Positions 25,197 through 39,574 of a stretch of DNA of 64,000 nt are shown here, in pieces (position 1 is the first letter of the stretch; each line of letters opens with the position of its first letter). Below the pieces are notes generated by a model, which did not search any database, was not told the origin of the DNA, and saw nothing but the letters and a program-made list of their open reading frames with translations. This stretch comes from Octopus sinensis (lineage: Eukaryota), in NCBI RefSeq assembly GCF_006345805.1, contig NC_042997.1, positions 48,174,001 to 48,238,000 on the forward strand. Reading direction: 5' to 3'. The position numbers and the translations under genes were made by a program.

Positions 25197-25227
<31 letters not shown>

Positions 25228-25399
25228 TGATGATGATGATGATGCTGCTGATGATGATGATAGTAATAATAAATGGTAGTGGCTAACTGCTTATGTGTAA
25301 AAATAAAATCGGTGTACCTGGGAAGGTGATGCAGTTTTTTTCTTCTAATTATCGTTGCATAGGAGAGACTAGCAGCGTATTTAATCTATTTATAGGATA

Positions 25400-26150
25400 T
25401 CCGTAACTTGTGGGCGGAAGCTATCATCCAACCAGAAACGAAGCAGGAAGGGTTGCAGGAAAATGAATTCGGCTAGAGTCACCAGAGTACACAGTGATTG
25501 TGTTAAACTGGGTGACAGATTTTGCGTTACCGCATCCTCCGCAATTAAAGGAATGACAAAGAAGGCAGGTCTCTCTGCGGTAATCCATTTTAAGAACAAA
25601 CAGACATGAGATGTAGACTTTGGTTAATATAAAATAGGCTTGGCAACCGTAGGGCTGTATTTTGCCGACCTGAATGTCATGTTGTTTTTCAGTAGGTGTT
25701 TAATTTTGTATTTATGAGTAACAGGAAATTAACTGAAACATTTTGCTGATGGTAGTCACAGTAGGGGCGTGTCTTGCTCTTTTCTGTGTCATGTGTGAGT
25801 AATGTGCTAATTGAGCATAATGGTCTCAACACATGTAAACTGGAAAGTGGTGTGTCGCTCATATAATTGATAGATCTTCCTACAATATTTGCGAATGTTC
25901 ATAGGGAAGTACTGTGTCTGAGTTATGTCGTTTCGATGAGGCTTTTGTTAAGTATTAGAATTATTTATTTATTCTGCTCATATTGTAGCAGATTCGGGAT
26001 TTTGGCAACGTTGATATGAATACCCGAACATGTTATCGGTGCCATATCACCATTAATTTCTAAAGGTTTTAGGTTTATGTTCGTTGGTTTTATCGTGATC
26101 TTTACAACTTTGGGTTCACCTGTGGCTTTCCCTCTGTCTAACAAATTACT
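25400..26150 (-). mobile_element. Decayed Penelope-like element (region between RT and GIY-YIG, plus GIY-YIG)
   Basis: Broken frames PHRNDIT..YFPMNIRKYCRKIYQLYERH and NNMTFRSAKYSPTVAK...LKWI resemble Penelope RNIIWFNPP.S.NV...F..L.ERHF and H..SFR..KY...LKW.I. Recognised by eye only. Confidence 0.5.
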
Positions 26151-26378
26151 CATAGACTAGAATGAATTACTTATGGACTAGAAGTATGGTGCGCCTCATG
26201 AACCACGCCTCGGTTCTCTTTCTCCCTCTCTCTCTCTCTCTCCCTCTCTTTATTTATCTATCGCTTTCTTTTTCCCCCTCTCTCCCTCTGTGTATGTGTG
26301 TCAGTCTCTGTCGCTCTCTCTCACACACCTCTGCTCTCTCTCTCTCTCTCCATCTCTCTCTCTCCATCCCTCTCTCTT

Positions 26379-26437
<59 letters not shown>

Positions 26438-27419
26438 GGGAGATCAAGATTCACATTAGGAAAGTATAAAACACTTTGCTTGCTTTTAGATTATGGATAA
26501 GTTACACGAAGCTCTGTGATATTCGATGACATGGCTATTGTTGTGGTTGCGAAAAGTGTAACTAGTTTTACTGCTTGTTTTATGGTCTATGTTCCATTTA
26601 TTTATTTGCCATTCACTTTCTTTTCTAGCCTCCTCTTTTCTTGATCTTCTTGGTATTTTTTTGGTATTAAATTTTATTTACATTCCGTAACATCGATATA
26701 TCGTGTCTGTGTTTTGTAGTTTTCTGTTTATTAGCCTGGTTATTTCAGATGTGTTGTTAGGGTTTTATTTTATGTTGCCTATTAGTGTAAGCAATTTTAT
26801 GATGTTCAACTACTTTTGTTGGATGTATGTACTGAAGTATTTTATCTTGTTTAGTTTCTGGGTAGATCTAGCACAGAACTATGTAAGTAATGTCAAAGTC
26901 GCGACCGAATCAGCGTTGTATAGAATGTGATAATATTATACCTTCGATTTTCTGGTGCAACCCATTTGCTTGGCTGCCACACAGTTTCACTCTACGCAAT
27001 TACATTTGCAATTCATGGGTCAAAGCGAAGCTACGGTAAAAGACAAATATTAAGCTGTCACGCAGTGCGATCGAGACGTGTAACTGCGAAAGGAACTACT
27101 CTTCGTAAATATTTGAAAATATCCCGTTCACACACAATACATACGGTTTATATAAATACGTGCAAGAATTAAGAGAGACACTGATCAAGTAATAGACTAT
27201 CAGCTACCTCCATATATACCCTCTGGAGTTGAAATTAAGGCCCTTGAAGGTCTTTATAGTGATCCTCATGAGCTGTTAAATACAACGAAACCGATCGGTT
27301 TTAATCATTTTCTTACGCTACCCAAAAGACCCTCGTGAAGCTAATTTTACGGCGAAACCACATTCGTGTGGTTATAACTTTTTATTTATTTACATTTTTA
27401 TCTGTTTAGTTATTCATTA

Positions 27420-27748
27420 GTGAAGGCGCATGGCTCAGAGGTTGAAGCGTCGAGCTTACGATCGTGAGATTGTGAGTTCGATTCCCGGACTGGGCTGTGT
27501 GTTGTGTTCTTGAGCAACGTTGCTCCAGTCCACTCAGCTGTAGAAATGAGTTGCGACGTCACTGGTGCCAAGCTGTATCAGCCCCTTTGCCTTTCCCTTG
27601 GATAACACTGGTGGCATGGAGAGGAGAGGCTGGTATGCATGGACGACTGCTGGCCTTCCAGAAACAACCTTGCCCGGACTTGTGCCTCGGAGGGGAACTT
27701 TCTGGGAGCAATCCCATGGTCATTCATGACCGAAGGGGTCCTCCTCCT
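27420..27748 (+). mobile_element. tRNA-derived SINE family C
   Basis: GAAGGCGCATGGCTCAGAGG (A-box), GAGTTCGATTCCC (B-box), TGTGTTCTTGAGCAA body. Confidence 0.85.
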
Positions 27749-29004
27749 CCAGTTATTCATTACCCACACTGCTGTATTGGTATGTGTAGTAAAAATAGAT
27801 GACCGGAGTAAGTGTACTATGGTTGAATAGTTCGGAGGTTTGCTTTGCAGCCACAAGGTCCCAGGTTCGTTCCCATTGTTTATCATCTTGGGAAAATATG
27901 ATTTTATATAGTTTTGAGCTGACCAAATCTATGGAAGTACGACGGGTAGATCGTACCTATATCGTAAAATATACAGGCTTGTCTCACCCGGGTCACACTG
28001 ATCCTGCATATGCCTTACTTTGTGGGTACACGTACCTACAGAATGTTCAGCTACTATTTCAGGAGCAGGTATTTCAGTTCATCGAACAGCAGGTATTTTA
28101 GTTTATCGAATCCTCGTCGTCAAACGACCAGATCAATCAGTTGAACAGACTCACCAAACGAATCACTTGATTTTATGAACTTGTGAATACGTGAGGTGTG
28201 TACCGATGAATGCATCTCTCTCTATGTATATGTGTCTGTGTGACTGTGTGTGTAAGTGCGAGAGCACAACCGCGTACGTTTTCTTTACCTCGCTAAGTTT
28301 ACACTAAATCCTTTTTTTTGTCAGACAACACGGTTTTATAGAGACAACAACACGGGCTGTTATATATCTATAAATTACATTCACATTCGGATACCAATCT
28401 GTGTCCATACTGCGCGTTCATCGAGATTATGTATGTCTCCATGCATATGTAAAGTGTGAGTGCTCTAGCCTGTGTGTATGTATGCTTGTATGAGTGTGTA
28501 TACATACACATACATATACACAATGAGTACATATGATGTATGTGTGTTGGAGGGATGAATGATTACTTAGGGAAGTGTGAGCGCTTTACGCATGAATACA
28601 TACTGATATGTTGTAATAGTACTGATGGTAATGATAAAAATGTACTCTGAATATTAGATACAATTACTAAATATTTCTACATTGCTATTTTATTTCATTG
28701 TATTTATTCAATTATTGTTCTTGTTTTAAATTCCAGAACTGTATTTTTATTAGTAGTATTGACAAAAGGCGTGGTGATATGTAGCAGAACCGGCAGAGTA
28801 CCGAGCAACGGTTTTTTTTTCGTTCTCATTAGAGTTTATTTACGTTCCAGGTTCACATCCAGCAGAGGCTAGCATTATCTTTTAATCTCTTATTGCTAAA
28901 TTAAAATACATTAAGTACATAATACCATTTTATCATCATCCTCTCCACTAAAACAACATTTATAGGCTTGTACCAAATACTGTTATTCACATTACTATCA
29001 GATG

Positions 29005-29070
<66 letters not shown>

Positions 29071-29319
29071 GTCTGTATGTCTGACTGTCTGTCTGTCTGT
29101 CTATCTATCTATTCTTTTTCATTTTCGAAAAGAAAAGCTCTATGTTTGTATTTGTCCCATCTGCGTTCAGCACTGTGTGACCAATAAAGAAAGTTATCTA
29201 TCCATCATGTGGTTTGTAATTTGATTTTGTGAATGCTTGAGTGCGTGTATGTTTTCTTGTAGACTTGTAAAGAAATTTGTTATATCGTTCCGATTTACAT
29301 CAACTAAAGCAAAGGTAAA

Positions 29320-29562
29320 GTTACCTTCTCGAATCATGGCGACTCATATGGATCGGTTTCCCAGTTTCATGGCGTATGTATTCCATCACCTGGATGGGAC
29401 ACTAATCTGTCGCAGAATGACTCAACTTTGACAGCTGAGTAAACTGGAACAACGTGAAATGATGCGTTTTGCTAAAGAGTAGAACGCGTTGCCCAGAGTA
29501 GCAGTCGAAACCACAATCTTACGATCATGAGACCAAAACCCTAACCACTAAGCCTCGCGCCT
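29320..29562 (-). mobile_element. SINE family C/D, diverged
   Basis: CCCTAACCACTAAGCCTCGCGCCTC head on the minus strand; body homologous to the 4000-4240 copy. Confidence 0.72.
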
Positions 29563-30402
29563 CTACACATCAATTAGGCTTCATGAGGCTGACCCGCCTT
29601 TCATCCTCCCGAGATGAAAAAAATAAAGTACCCCTTCCTAATAGTATGTCCGCTGTGCATTAGCCCACTCACTCTCTCTCTCTCTGGACAGGTTGCACCG
29701 TTTACTATTTCGATTCTTGTGTAAAGAATGCATGCCACTGATTGCCAGGCCCAAGAGTTGCCAATAAAATGGGTTGGGGATGCTGTGGCTGAAATGCGCA
29801 GGCAAATGGCGCAGCTGCAGCTTCTTCAGAATTTAATGGAATGCGATGAATTGTCTTCTTAATGAAGTTCATTATCCTAGTTCTGTGAATATCTGGAATG
29901 GTGTAAGGTGCTTCCAATTCTCTACTACTCGGGGATCGCATACTCTAAGGGTTTATTTGTGGGTTAGAGGACCGAGGCCTTATTGTTGATGAAGATCAAC
30001 CAAATGTTTTTTCTTATTTTAGGAGGACGATAAGCCTTGTGACGATGATGAACGTCCAGAAATCCTTAGCTTAGGACTTACGCTGGCACCATAGATAGAC
30101 TCTACAGACACAATAGCTCTATCGGATGAGTTTGCCTGAGGCACGCTTAGAGTGATAAAACCATTTCGTAAGCAATTATTCAATGTACGAGAATTGCTGG
30201 CTTGTGTAACTATGACGAAAAGCTGAGAGCTCTTTGTGGTTTTTTGTTTGATCGAAGGTATCAGTCCCCCAGTAGGAACGTCTCATCTCATAAGTTTTGC
30301 TTACTTTTCGATGTCTGCTCTTTTTATTAAAATATTAATCGTAAATCCTCACCATTTTGCAATTTGTTCTTGTAATGTTGCCGATTTTGTAGAAATTACA
30401 AA

Positions 30403-30598
<196 letters not shown>

Positions 30599-31645
30599 CT
30601 ATTAGTCATGTTCCTGTACGGACATGAAAAAGCAGTAATACTCAGACATTTTCTAAGCGAATTCGGCGAGACAGATTCTAAATATATTTAACCTGTGAAT
30701 GTTCGTTTAAGAAAGGAAATATCAACAACATCAATTCCATTTTGCTCTTCTTTTGTTTCATGTCAAAAGAAACTAGCATTAATACTATTGTTAAAATGGT
30801 GGATTCGCTGATGAAAATAGCACTCCACTTCGATCATTCATTTTTAAGAACATCTGGTCCTATGCTTCACTTCTCGGAACTCGTAACTCATTTAAATCGA
30901 TTTTTGTTTTAAGTATCCGCACTTGTACTTACAATAGTTCAACTCTTAACTGGTCCTGTACAAAACTGAATTTTTCTGTCCAGTTATATGGGATCTCTAT
31001 ATATTTTAGTTAAGTTGCTCTTATTGCTTAGAGCCACACCAGCACTGAAGAAACAGCATTAGGACTAAAACCGCTCCGGCCATCACCATCCTGTCGTTTT
31101 TAGATATTGTCTATGTAGTGCTACATTATTCAACGTGTTCATTTTTCTTTTTACAGATCAGTATGAGGAATGTTTGGCTGTTATATCTAGTAAATAAGAC
31201 GACAGCGTAGAAGCTTCTTTCTTTATGTCATTTGTATTGGAATAACAATGGTAATATACCTCATATTCATTCATTAGTAAGGAACGCTACTAAAGCTTTC
31301 GTATTTTTTCTTTCATTGTAAATTCGTTATCGCAACACTGGAGAGCGTCTACACTCCCGTAAATTATACCCAAGGGAAGAATTTGAATAGAGTGATGCAA
31401 ACTAAAGACATTTTTGCTAACCATACAGATTATTAACGATGTCGAATATGATGTGCTTCATCTATTATAATTAGAGAGGTAATGGCTGACGTGTAAATGA
31501 AGGAAACTATAGTTTATGAATCTCATACGGCCTACTGGTATGGTATTGATCTTCAGTTCTTGTATCATTAAGTAGATGGCAGATTATTCTCTCTCTGGGT
31601 AAGTAGCTAGTTGTCGCTGGTGAACTTCGCCAAATCTTAAAAATA

Positions 31646-31855
31646 AGGCGAGCTGGCAGAATCGTTAACACGCCGGACGAAATGCTTAGCGGCCTTTCAT
31701 CTGTCCTTGCGTTGTGAGTTCAAATTCTGCCGAGGTCGACTTTGTCTTTCATCTTTTCTGGGTCTATAAAATAATTACCAGTTGAACACTGGGCTCAATG
31801 TATTCGACTTACACCTACCATGAAATTGCTGGCCTTGTGCTAAAAATTGAAATCG
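31646..31855 (+). mobile_element. SINE family B
   Basis: GGCGAGCTGGCAGAATCGTT...GAGTTCAAATTCTGCCGAGGTCGAC. Confidence 0.85.
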
Positions 31856-31949
31856 ATATTATATTATATACTATTATATACTATTTGGAAAAAAAGGTGG
31901 AGAGTAAATTTCAAACTTCTGTCCACGGCCACCTTACTACCATTCTCAC

Positions 31950-32330
31950 GTGCCTTTCAGCGCACGAGCGTGGTGAGCATGGCATTAGAGATAGCGCCAA
32001 GTTTGTGAATGTCCGGAATTTCTAGTGTGGCTGCCCTCTTTTTGACACACAGGCTTACACAGTACATTGTCATGTGATTGTATGAACTTGTTTCCAATCG
32101 TTGTTTCCTTCCGCACTTGATGTAAATCACCTCCGGTTTGTAATATGTCCTTGTAATATACCGCAACTGTTGTCTCTGTGGCATTAGAACAAAAGAATAT
32201 TATATTAAGCTTAGTAGAGGATATGAGGAATGATGGTCTGGGAGTAATTGTGAGTGTCACTGCGGACAGCGTAAGTTGTGGCCTCTTCAAAAATTCTTTC
32301 TACTCGAGGATTATGGAAAATTTTCTAAGC
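31950..32330 (-). mobile_element. Decayed mariner transposase fragment
   Basis: SSTKLNIIFF...ETTVAVYYKDILQT...VRK...QSHDN resembles mariner T.N..YY..IL...HDNA. No TIRs found. Confidence 0.4.
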
Positions 32331-33489
32331 ATCCTTAAACTGACAGTGCTGCAAGAATACATTGTATGATCGGGTTAAACTCTACGTGCAAGACCATTAA
32401 TTTTTGGAAAATAACGGAATCTGTTCTATATCCAATCAGTATGATGCAACCATCGGCTAAGCACTTATTTAGTTCCCGTGGGTTGCTGACTTTTGCCTTT
32501 ATGTAGAACAATTGTTATCACGTGCGAGACGTATCCAGTTATTGTGGAGTGTCTTGACTTATCTATTTCCTTCGTCAAGGAAGATCTGGTACACTTCCTG
32601 TGTTTGTGGTTATAGAAGGAAGTTGAATGGTGTACGCACATAAAAGGTCCGAAGACAGAACTTTTCCTTTCAGGACATGAACTTATCAACTGTTACATGG
32701 CGAGAGAGGGGTAGGTAAAGAGTGAGGTGATGCTCTCCAAGGAATTTCATGAAAAGAGGATGAGAGAGAGGCAAAACTGGAATAGGTAAACGGACGCAAG
32801 TTACCTAACGAGACTTTAGGCTAGCGATGGAAACTATAAGAGGCATTGATTAACATCTTATGTGTCAAATGTAATCGTTGTTGGACATCCTGTACCTAGT
32901 ATGAGGTACCATGTACCATCCTACGTTTTTCTTAAGAACAGCATAAGGATCCTTTTTCTAGGAATCTATTTTTATTTTTATTCTGTTGTGCGTTTTTAGT
33001 TCCATTTAATATTACTTATAAATGCACTTATGTTGTTTTCCTATGTATTTCGCCTTGGTACTTTTCCTATGTGTTTCGCCTTAGTGCTTCTTTGAAAACC
33101 CCCACTTCCTGTAATCTGTAATGTTCTCTCATTCGTTGCCCTCATGGAGTGGCTGTAGTCACTGTCTCTGCTCGACTCATGACCGAAACTCCAAGACGGA
33201 AACCATAATTTTAAAAATTAATGGAAAGCAAGTTTTCTACTGTCGGTTATAACGGTCGTCATCAACTTTTTCACGTTCCATTTCAAAGGGAAAATGAGGA
33301 TGGGGGGGGGGGACATTATGAGATACTTGGTGAGAGTCGCAAAAGGGCAACAGTACGTGCCTTTCGGTCGGTAAATGTCAGTTAGTGTGGGCACTTGTCA
33401 TTGAGGGGTTCGTCATTGTCCAACGATGGGGAGCATGCTGTATGAGGGTGATGGGCATCATCATTATATATTATTTGTGTACTGTAAAG

Positions 33490-33650
33490 CGGTAAGCTGG
33501 CAGAATTTTCGACCCGCCGAGTAAAACGCTTCTCGACATTTCTGCCGGCTTTGCGTTCTGAGTTCAAATTCCACCGAGATCGATTTCGCAATTTATCCTT
33601 AAGCACAACCGCCTCCAAATTTTTGGCCCTGTGCTTATTGTGGAAAGTAT
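33490..33650 (+). mobile_element. SINE family B, partial and diverged
   Basis: GGTAAGCTGGCAGAATT...CTGAGTTCAAATTCCACCGAGATCGA. Confidence 0.7.
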
Positions 33651-34409
33651 TATTTACATATCGTGCTTCCTTATGAATTTTATACCTTTTTCTTTACTCG
33701 TTCTATTTTCTATGTATGCCTGACAATAAATAAGTATCAGCTCCCTTCACCGTTGCCCTGGTAACAAATAAAAGCAGTAACTATAGTTTCTGTTGCTGCT
33801 GTTGTTATTGGTGCTGGTTCATTTGTTTTTATTTTTGCTCTTCGTCCTGCAGTTTAAAAGGTGTGCAATAGAAAAGTCAGTAAGTCGTGCGCTAGAAAAC
33901 CTGTTTAATGTATGAAGTGGCATCAATTGTGAGTTCAAATTTGCATTTCATTCTTCTCGACTGGGTAAAACAATAAACAGTCACGTAATGGGGGTTAGTG
34001 TCATACAGTTGATTTCACGGTGGCCTTGCGTCTGTATTAGAAATCACTCAGTGATTATGAACACGTATGTATATGTATGTGAAATGATGGAAAAAAAACA
34101 TGCGATTATGGGGAGAGATAGTGTGTCAGTGTGAGAGAGATGGGAGAGATATGACATGTGTGTGTGTGTGCGTGTTGTGTGAATGTGTGTATGTGTGTGT
34201 GTGTGCGTGTGCGTGTGTGTGAATGTGTGTATATGTGCGCGTGTGTGTGTGTCTGTGCTGACATGTAGGTGTAGAGAACAGATAATTTGCATAAATATGA
34301 TACAAAGGAAAATAGAACGAAACTCAGTCACAAAAGATATGACAAACAAGGACAGGAAGCGAATAGAAGTAAAGGAAGGACGATATTATATCATATGATT
34401 ATATATATA

Positions 34410-34447
<38 letters not shown>

Positions 34448-36337
34448 CATGCATGTATGTATGTATGTATATATATACAGGAGAGAGAGACAGACAGCAG
34501 ACATATATACCTGCATATATATGTATACGTAATAACGACATATATATTTCCTTTTATTTGTTATACATACATACATACATATATATGTATGTATAATATA
34601 ATAATATACATGTTTGTGTGTGTATACAATCACATAGATATGTGTATGTATGTATGTACGTACATTCATACGTAGATAAGTATCCATCTATGTATCTATA
34701 TATATCTGCGTGTGTGTGTATAAGTTATACATGTACACACACAATCACACAGATATATATATAAATATATAAGGTTAATCCAAACGGGAAAACAGAAAAA
34801 ACAACAACACGTGGAACAATTAAGTATTATTATTAGGCGCTCAGGAAAAATGAGAAGAAAGAGGGTATGACGTTTCGGCGGAGCTCTTCGTCGGAAACAT
34901 AGAGAAGGAAGAAGAAGAAAGAAAGATCCCGATGTGGGCGAACAGAGGGAAAAAAACGCGACTGGTGTTTACAAGTACACATGCTGAAAAAAAAAAATAT
35001 ATATATATATATATATAGATAGATAGATAGATAGATAGACAGATAGATAGATAGAGAGATAGAGTTGCATACACACAACCACACACACACACACAAATAT
35101 ATACATATGTATGTATACAAACACACACACATATTCACATATATAAACATACTTTTGTGCGTGTGTGTATGCGTGTATCCAGGGGTGTAATACTTATATT
35201 GAGATAAGATGATATGAGAAAGATTGTTAGATTGTCGATCGATAAAGAAGAATACAGAAGCACTTGTATATGAGTATGTGTATACACACACACACACACA
35301 CCACACACACATGTACACGCACACCTACTTGCATTATCTCATCCCTCTCACACATACACACATACAACACACACACACGCATGTATGTATATAATATATA
35401 TATATATATATATATAATATATATCTATATATATATATTATTATATATTACTCTTTTACAAACATGGCAACATACACACCATGCATACACACACGCCCGC
35501 GCATACATACACTCAAACGCTTATTCCCAGAATGACAGATTGATATTCACATATTATTTCATATATACTTGTTTTTTTTTGTTACAGAAAAAATGCTTAT
35601 ATGTGTCTGTGTGTGTGCGTGCGTTTATGTATGTATGTATAATCATTTATTTCAGCAAAATGAAAGAAAAGAGTTACACACACACACACACCCAGCCGAA
35701 ATTGCTAGGATGATCCGGTTCTTGACTGAAGATTGAAGGCTTCGAATGTCCTGTCCGTGTTTTTTGTATCGTCTTCTAAATGTTTTACGTTCTTGTCCCA
35801 GTTTGTATTTTTCTACATATAATATATATATATATATACACACAGATGTAATTCAACATTTTTATTATATAGATATAAAAAGTAAATGTCTACACATGCA
35901 CAGAACATCAACATCCATACATTTGCACTCATATACCCACAACAATACACACACTGAAGCAACACACACACTGAAGCAACACACACACGTACTAATGTAT
36001 ATATATATATGTCGGGAGAGAGGGATGACTTGTTTGAGTGATTGAGTGATTGTGTGATATGGAGATTATAATAGGATGTATTTGACGGATATCTTGATAG
36101 GGTTTATAAATATAGTATTTGACTCGTGGGATCAGAGAAGTTGGAAACAGTAAGTGTTGGAAAGTATTGCGCTTCTGACGAAGTGTACAAAGCAATATAT
36201 ATTTTATAAAACAGGTAAAATAATTCAGCTAGATCAGAGATGTGAGACACGAATGTGTGTGTAGGTGTGTATGAATATATATATGTATACTTCTATATAT
36301 TTATATCTATCTACCTAATTATCTATCTATCTGACTT

Positions 36338-36419
<82 letters not shown>

Positions 36420-36545
36420 GTCATATATATATATATATTATATATATATATATTATATATATAATATATATATATGATGATATTATCTGTGTGTGTGTTT
36501 GTCTATATATATGCATATATACATATATATGCATATATATATGCG

Positions 36546-36640
<95 letters not shown>

Positions 36641-36664
36641 ATGTGTATGTATGTATATATATAC

Positions 36665-37070
36665 GCTTTTACTCTTTTACTTGTTTCAGTCATTTGAATG
36701 CATCCATGCTGGAGCACCATCTTTAGTCAATCAAATCTACCCCAGGACTTATTCTTTGTAAGCCTAGTACTTATTATATCGGTCTACTTTGCCGCACCGC
36801 TAAGTTACGGGGACGTAAACACACCAGCATCGGTTGTCAAGCGATGTTGGGGAGACAGACACGGACACACAAACATATACGCACAAACACACACACACAT
36901 ACATAATATATACGACGGGCTTCTTTCAGTTTCCGTCTACCAAATACTCTCACAAGGATTTGGTCGACCCGAGGCTATAGTAGAAGACACTTGCCTAAGG
37001 TGCCACGCAGTGGGACTGAACCATGTGGTTCATAAACAAGCTACTTACGTCTCAGCCACTCCTACGGCAT
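36665..37070 (-). mobile_element. SINE family A
   Basis: Reverse-oriented full copy. Confidence 0.85.
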
Positions 37071-37407
37071 ATATATGTATGTATGTACATATGTATGTAA
37101 GTATGTATGTATGTATGTATGTATGTATGTATGTATGTATGTATGTATACCTACCTCAGGCTTCCTTCCCAACTTCATAGTTTCGGATTCAGTACCACAA
37201 AGTGGCACCTTGGGCAAGTGCCTTTCACTATAGCCTCGGGCTAACCAAAGATATATTATATTTTATATATTTCGGCGTGTTCTTTTCTACTGAAGAGCGT
37301 AGGCTCGAAACGTAAAAGACTTTCTCACCTTTCCCAGCATCAAACTAACACACCTGCTTGTTGTTGTTTATACACTTGTGTTCGTCTTTTGGTTTTCTGA
37401 AATTTTA

Positions 37408-37450
<43 letters not shown>

Positions 37451-37466
37451 ATATATATATATGCAT

Positions 37467-37498
<32 letters not shown>

Positions 37499-38026
37499 TT
37501 TAAATTTACAGAAAAACCAAAACATGAACACACAAGTGAATAAATAAGTGTATGTATGTGTGTGTGTGTGTATAAATATTTATGTGTTTGTATATGTATG
37601 TATGCATGTATGTATGTATACACTCACTCACAACACACACACACACACACACACACACCCATATATATTGATATTCGTAAATTGGCTTTTATTTTGCTAA
37701 ATAAATATTCGTGTACAGGTTGATGGACTAATGAATACGTTCGCAGGTGTTAGTGGGGAAATCAGGGTGAGAGATGTGTGTAGACGTAGTATTTAATAGC
37801 GTTTGTTTGTGTGTGTGTGTATGTGTGTGTCTGTGTATATGTATATTCCACATGTGGCTGTTTGTTAAGAAATTTACTCTCTTACCACATGGTACTGGGT
37901 TTAGTCCGAAAACGCAGCACCTTGGCCAAGTGACTTTTACTCCAGTTCCACGGCGGCCAAAGCCTTGGGAATGGGTTTGTTGATAAATAGAAAACTGAAA
38001 AGAAAATCTGTCTATCTATCTATCTA

Positions 38027-38066
<40 letters not shown>

Positions 38067-38069
38067 ATC

Positions 38070-38127
<58 letters not shown>

Positions 38128-38129
<2 letters not shown>

Positions 38130-38525
38130 CGCAGGAGTGGCTGTGTGGTAAGTAACTTGCTTACCAACCACATGTTCCGGGTTCAGTCCCACTGCGTGGC
38201 ATCTTGGGCAAGTGTCTTCTACTATAGCCTCGGGCCAACCAAAGCCTTGTGAGTGGATTTGGTAGAAGGAAACTGAAAGAAGCCCGTCGTATATATGTAT
38301 ATATATATATATATGTGTGTGTGTATGTTTGTGTGTCTGTGTTTGCCCCCCTAGCATTGCCTGACAACCGGTGCTGGTGTGTTTACGTCCCCGTTACCTA
38401 GCGGTAGAATAAGTACTGGGCTTACAAAGAATAAGTCCTGGGGTCGATTTGCTCGACTAAAGGCGGTGCTCCAGCATGGCCGTAGTCAAATGACTGAAAC
38501 AAGTAAAAGAGTAAAGAGTAAAGAG
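38128..38525 (+). mobile_element. tRNA-derived SINE family A, near full length
   Basis: A-box TGGCTGTGTGGTAA, B-box GGGTTCAGTCCC, CORE-like CTTGGGCAAGTGTCTT, internal (TA)n(TG)n, tail (AAAGAGT)n. Confidence 0.88.
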
Positions 38526-38864
38526 TATATGTATATATGTACGTATATGCGTATATATGTATATACATATATGTATGTGCGTTTGTGTGTATGTTTGCAT
38601 GCGTGTGTTTGTGTGTGTTTGAGTTTACGTTTGTCCGCTGATACTGCCTGACAACTGGCATTGGTTTTTGTTTACATCTTCGTAACCTAGCTGTTCGGCA
38701 AGAAACACAATGACTTTACAACTATAAAACTATTGGGGTGTGTTTGTTGGTGTACCAGGAAGGCAGCTGTACATTGACTGAAGCAAGTAAAAGATGAAAC
38801 GTTGTGTGGTGTGTGTGTGTGTTGCATGCGAGAATACGTATATATATGTACTGGTATGTATTTA

Positions 38865-38957
<93 letters not shown>

Positions 38958-39095
38958 GTCTATCTATCTATCATCTTTCTATCTGTCTGTTTTTCTGTCT
39001 ATCTATCTATCTATATATATATATTAAATACATACATATACATGCACAGAGGTGTACATATGTGTGTGTGTTTGTGTTTGTATGTGTTTGAGTGT

Positions 39096-39129
<34 letters not shown>

Positions 39130-39574
39130 CTTCCGTTGCTTGTATGCCTCTAAGATATAAAGAGTAAAACGGAGATGAGAAAGAAAGGACGAAAGTAAGA
39201 CGAATGATTGAAATAGTAATAATAATAATAACAAATGTGGATAGATAGAAGCCAAAATATAGAAAGGTAGAAATGTAGACTGATGCATATATAGAATAAT
39301 ATAAATGTAAACAGAGGTAGATAGTTTTAAGAATTTAGATGGAAAGCTGAACAGGTAGAGAAAGAAGGATAGCCAGAAGCAAAGAGATTGAAAGATAGAG
39401 AGCGAATTGATGGAAAGATAAACAGAAGAAATGATAGTGAGGAAAACATTGAGTAGATACAAGATATATAAACAGATTGGAAAATATAAGTTGATAAATA
39501 TTTGGACAAACGAAAATCCATTGAAATGTGTGGGAATCGGTAAAGGAAAAGATAGGGAGCGAGGAATCGAATAC

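Noticed and set aside
27799-28140. 100-aa plus-strand ORF with a 24-bp tandem repeat (QVFQFIEQ)
   Set aside because: It starts in a SINE head fragment and is extended by a local tandem duplication; no splice or homology support.
33135-33200. GUCA...UGAC-C-GAAACUCC, a possible decayed hammerhead
   Set aside because: The CUGANGA core is absent (CUCAUGGA) and there is no stem I.
35700-35800. CUGAAGA-UUGAAGGCUUC-GAAU motif
   Set aside because: GAAU instead of GAAA, and stem II is not formable with a viable loop.
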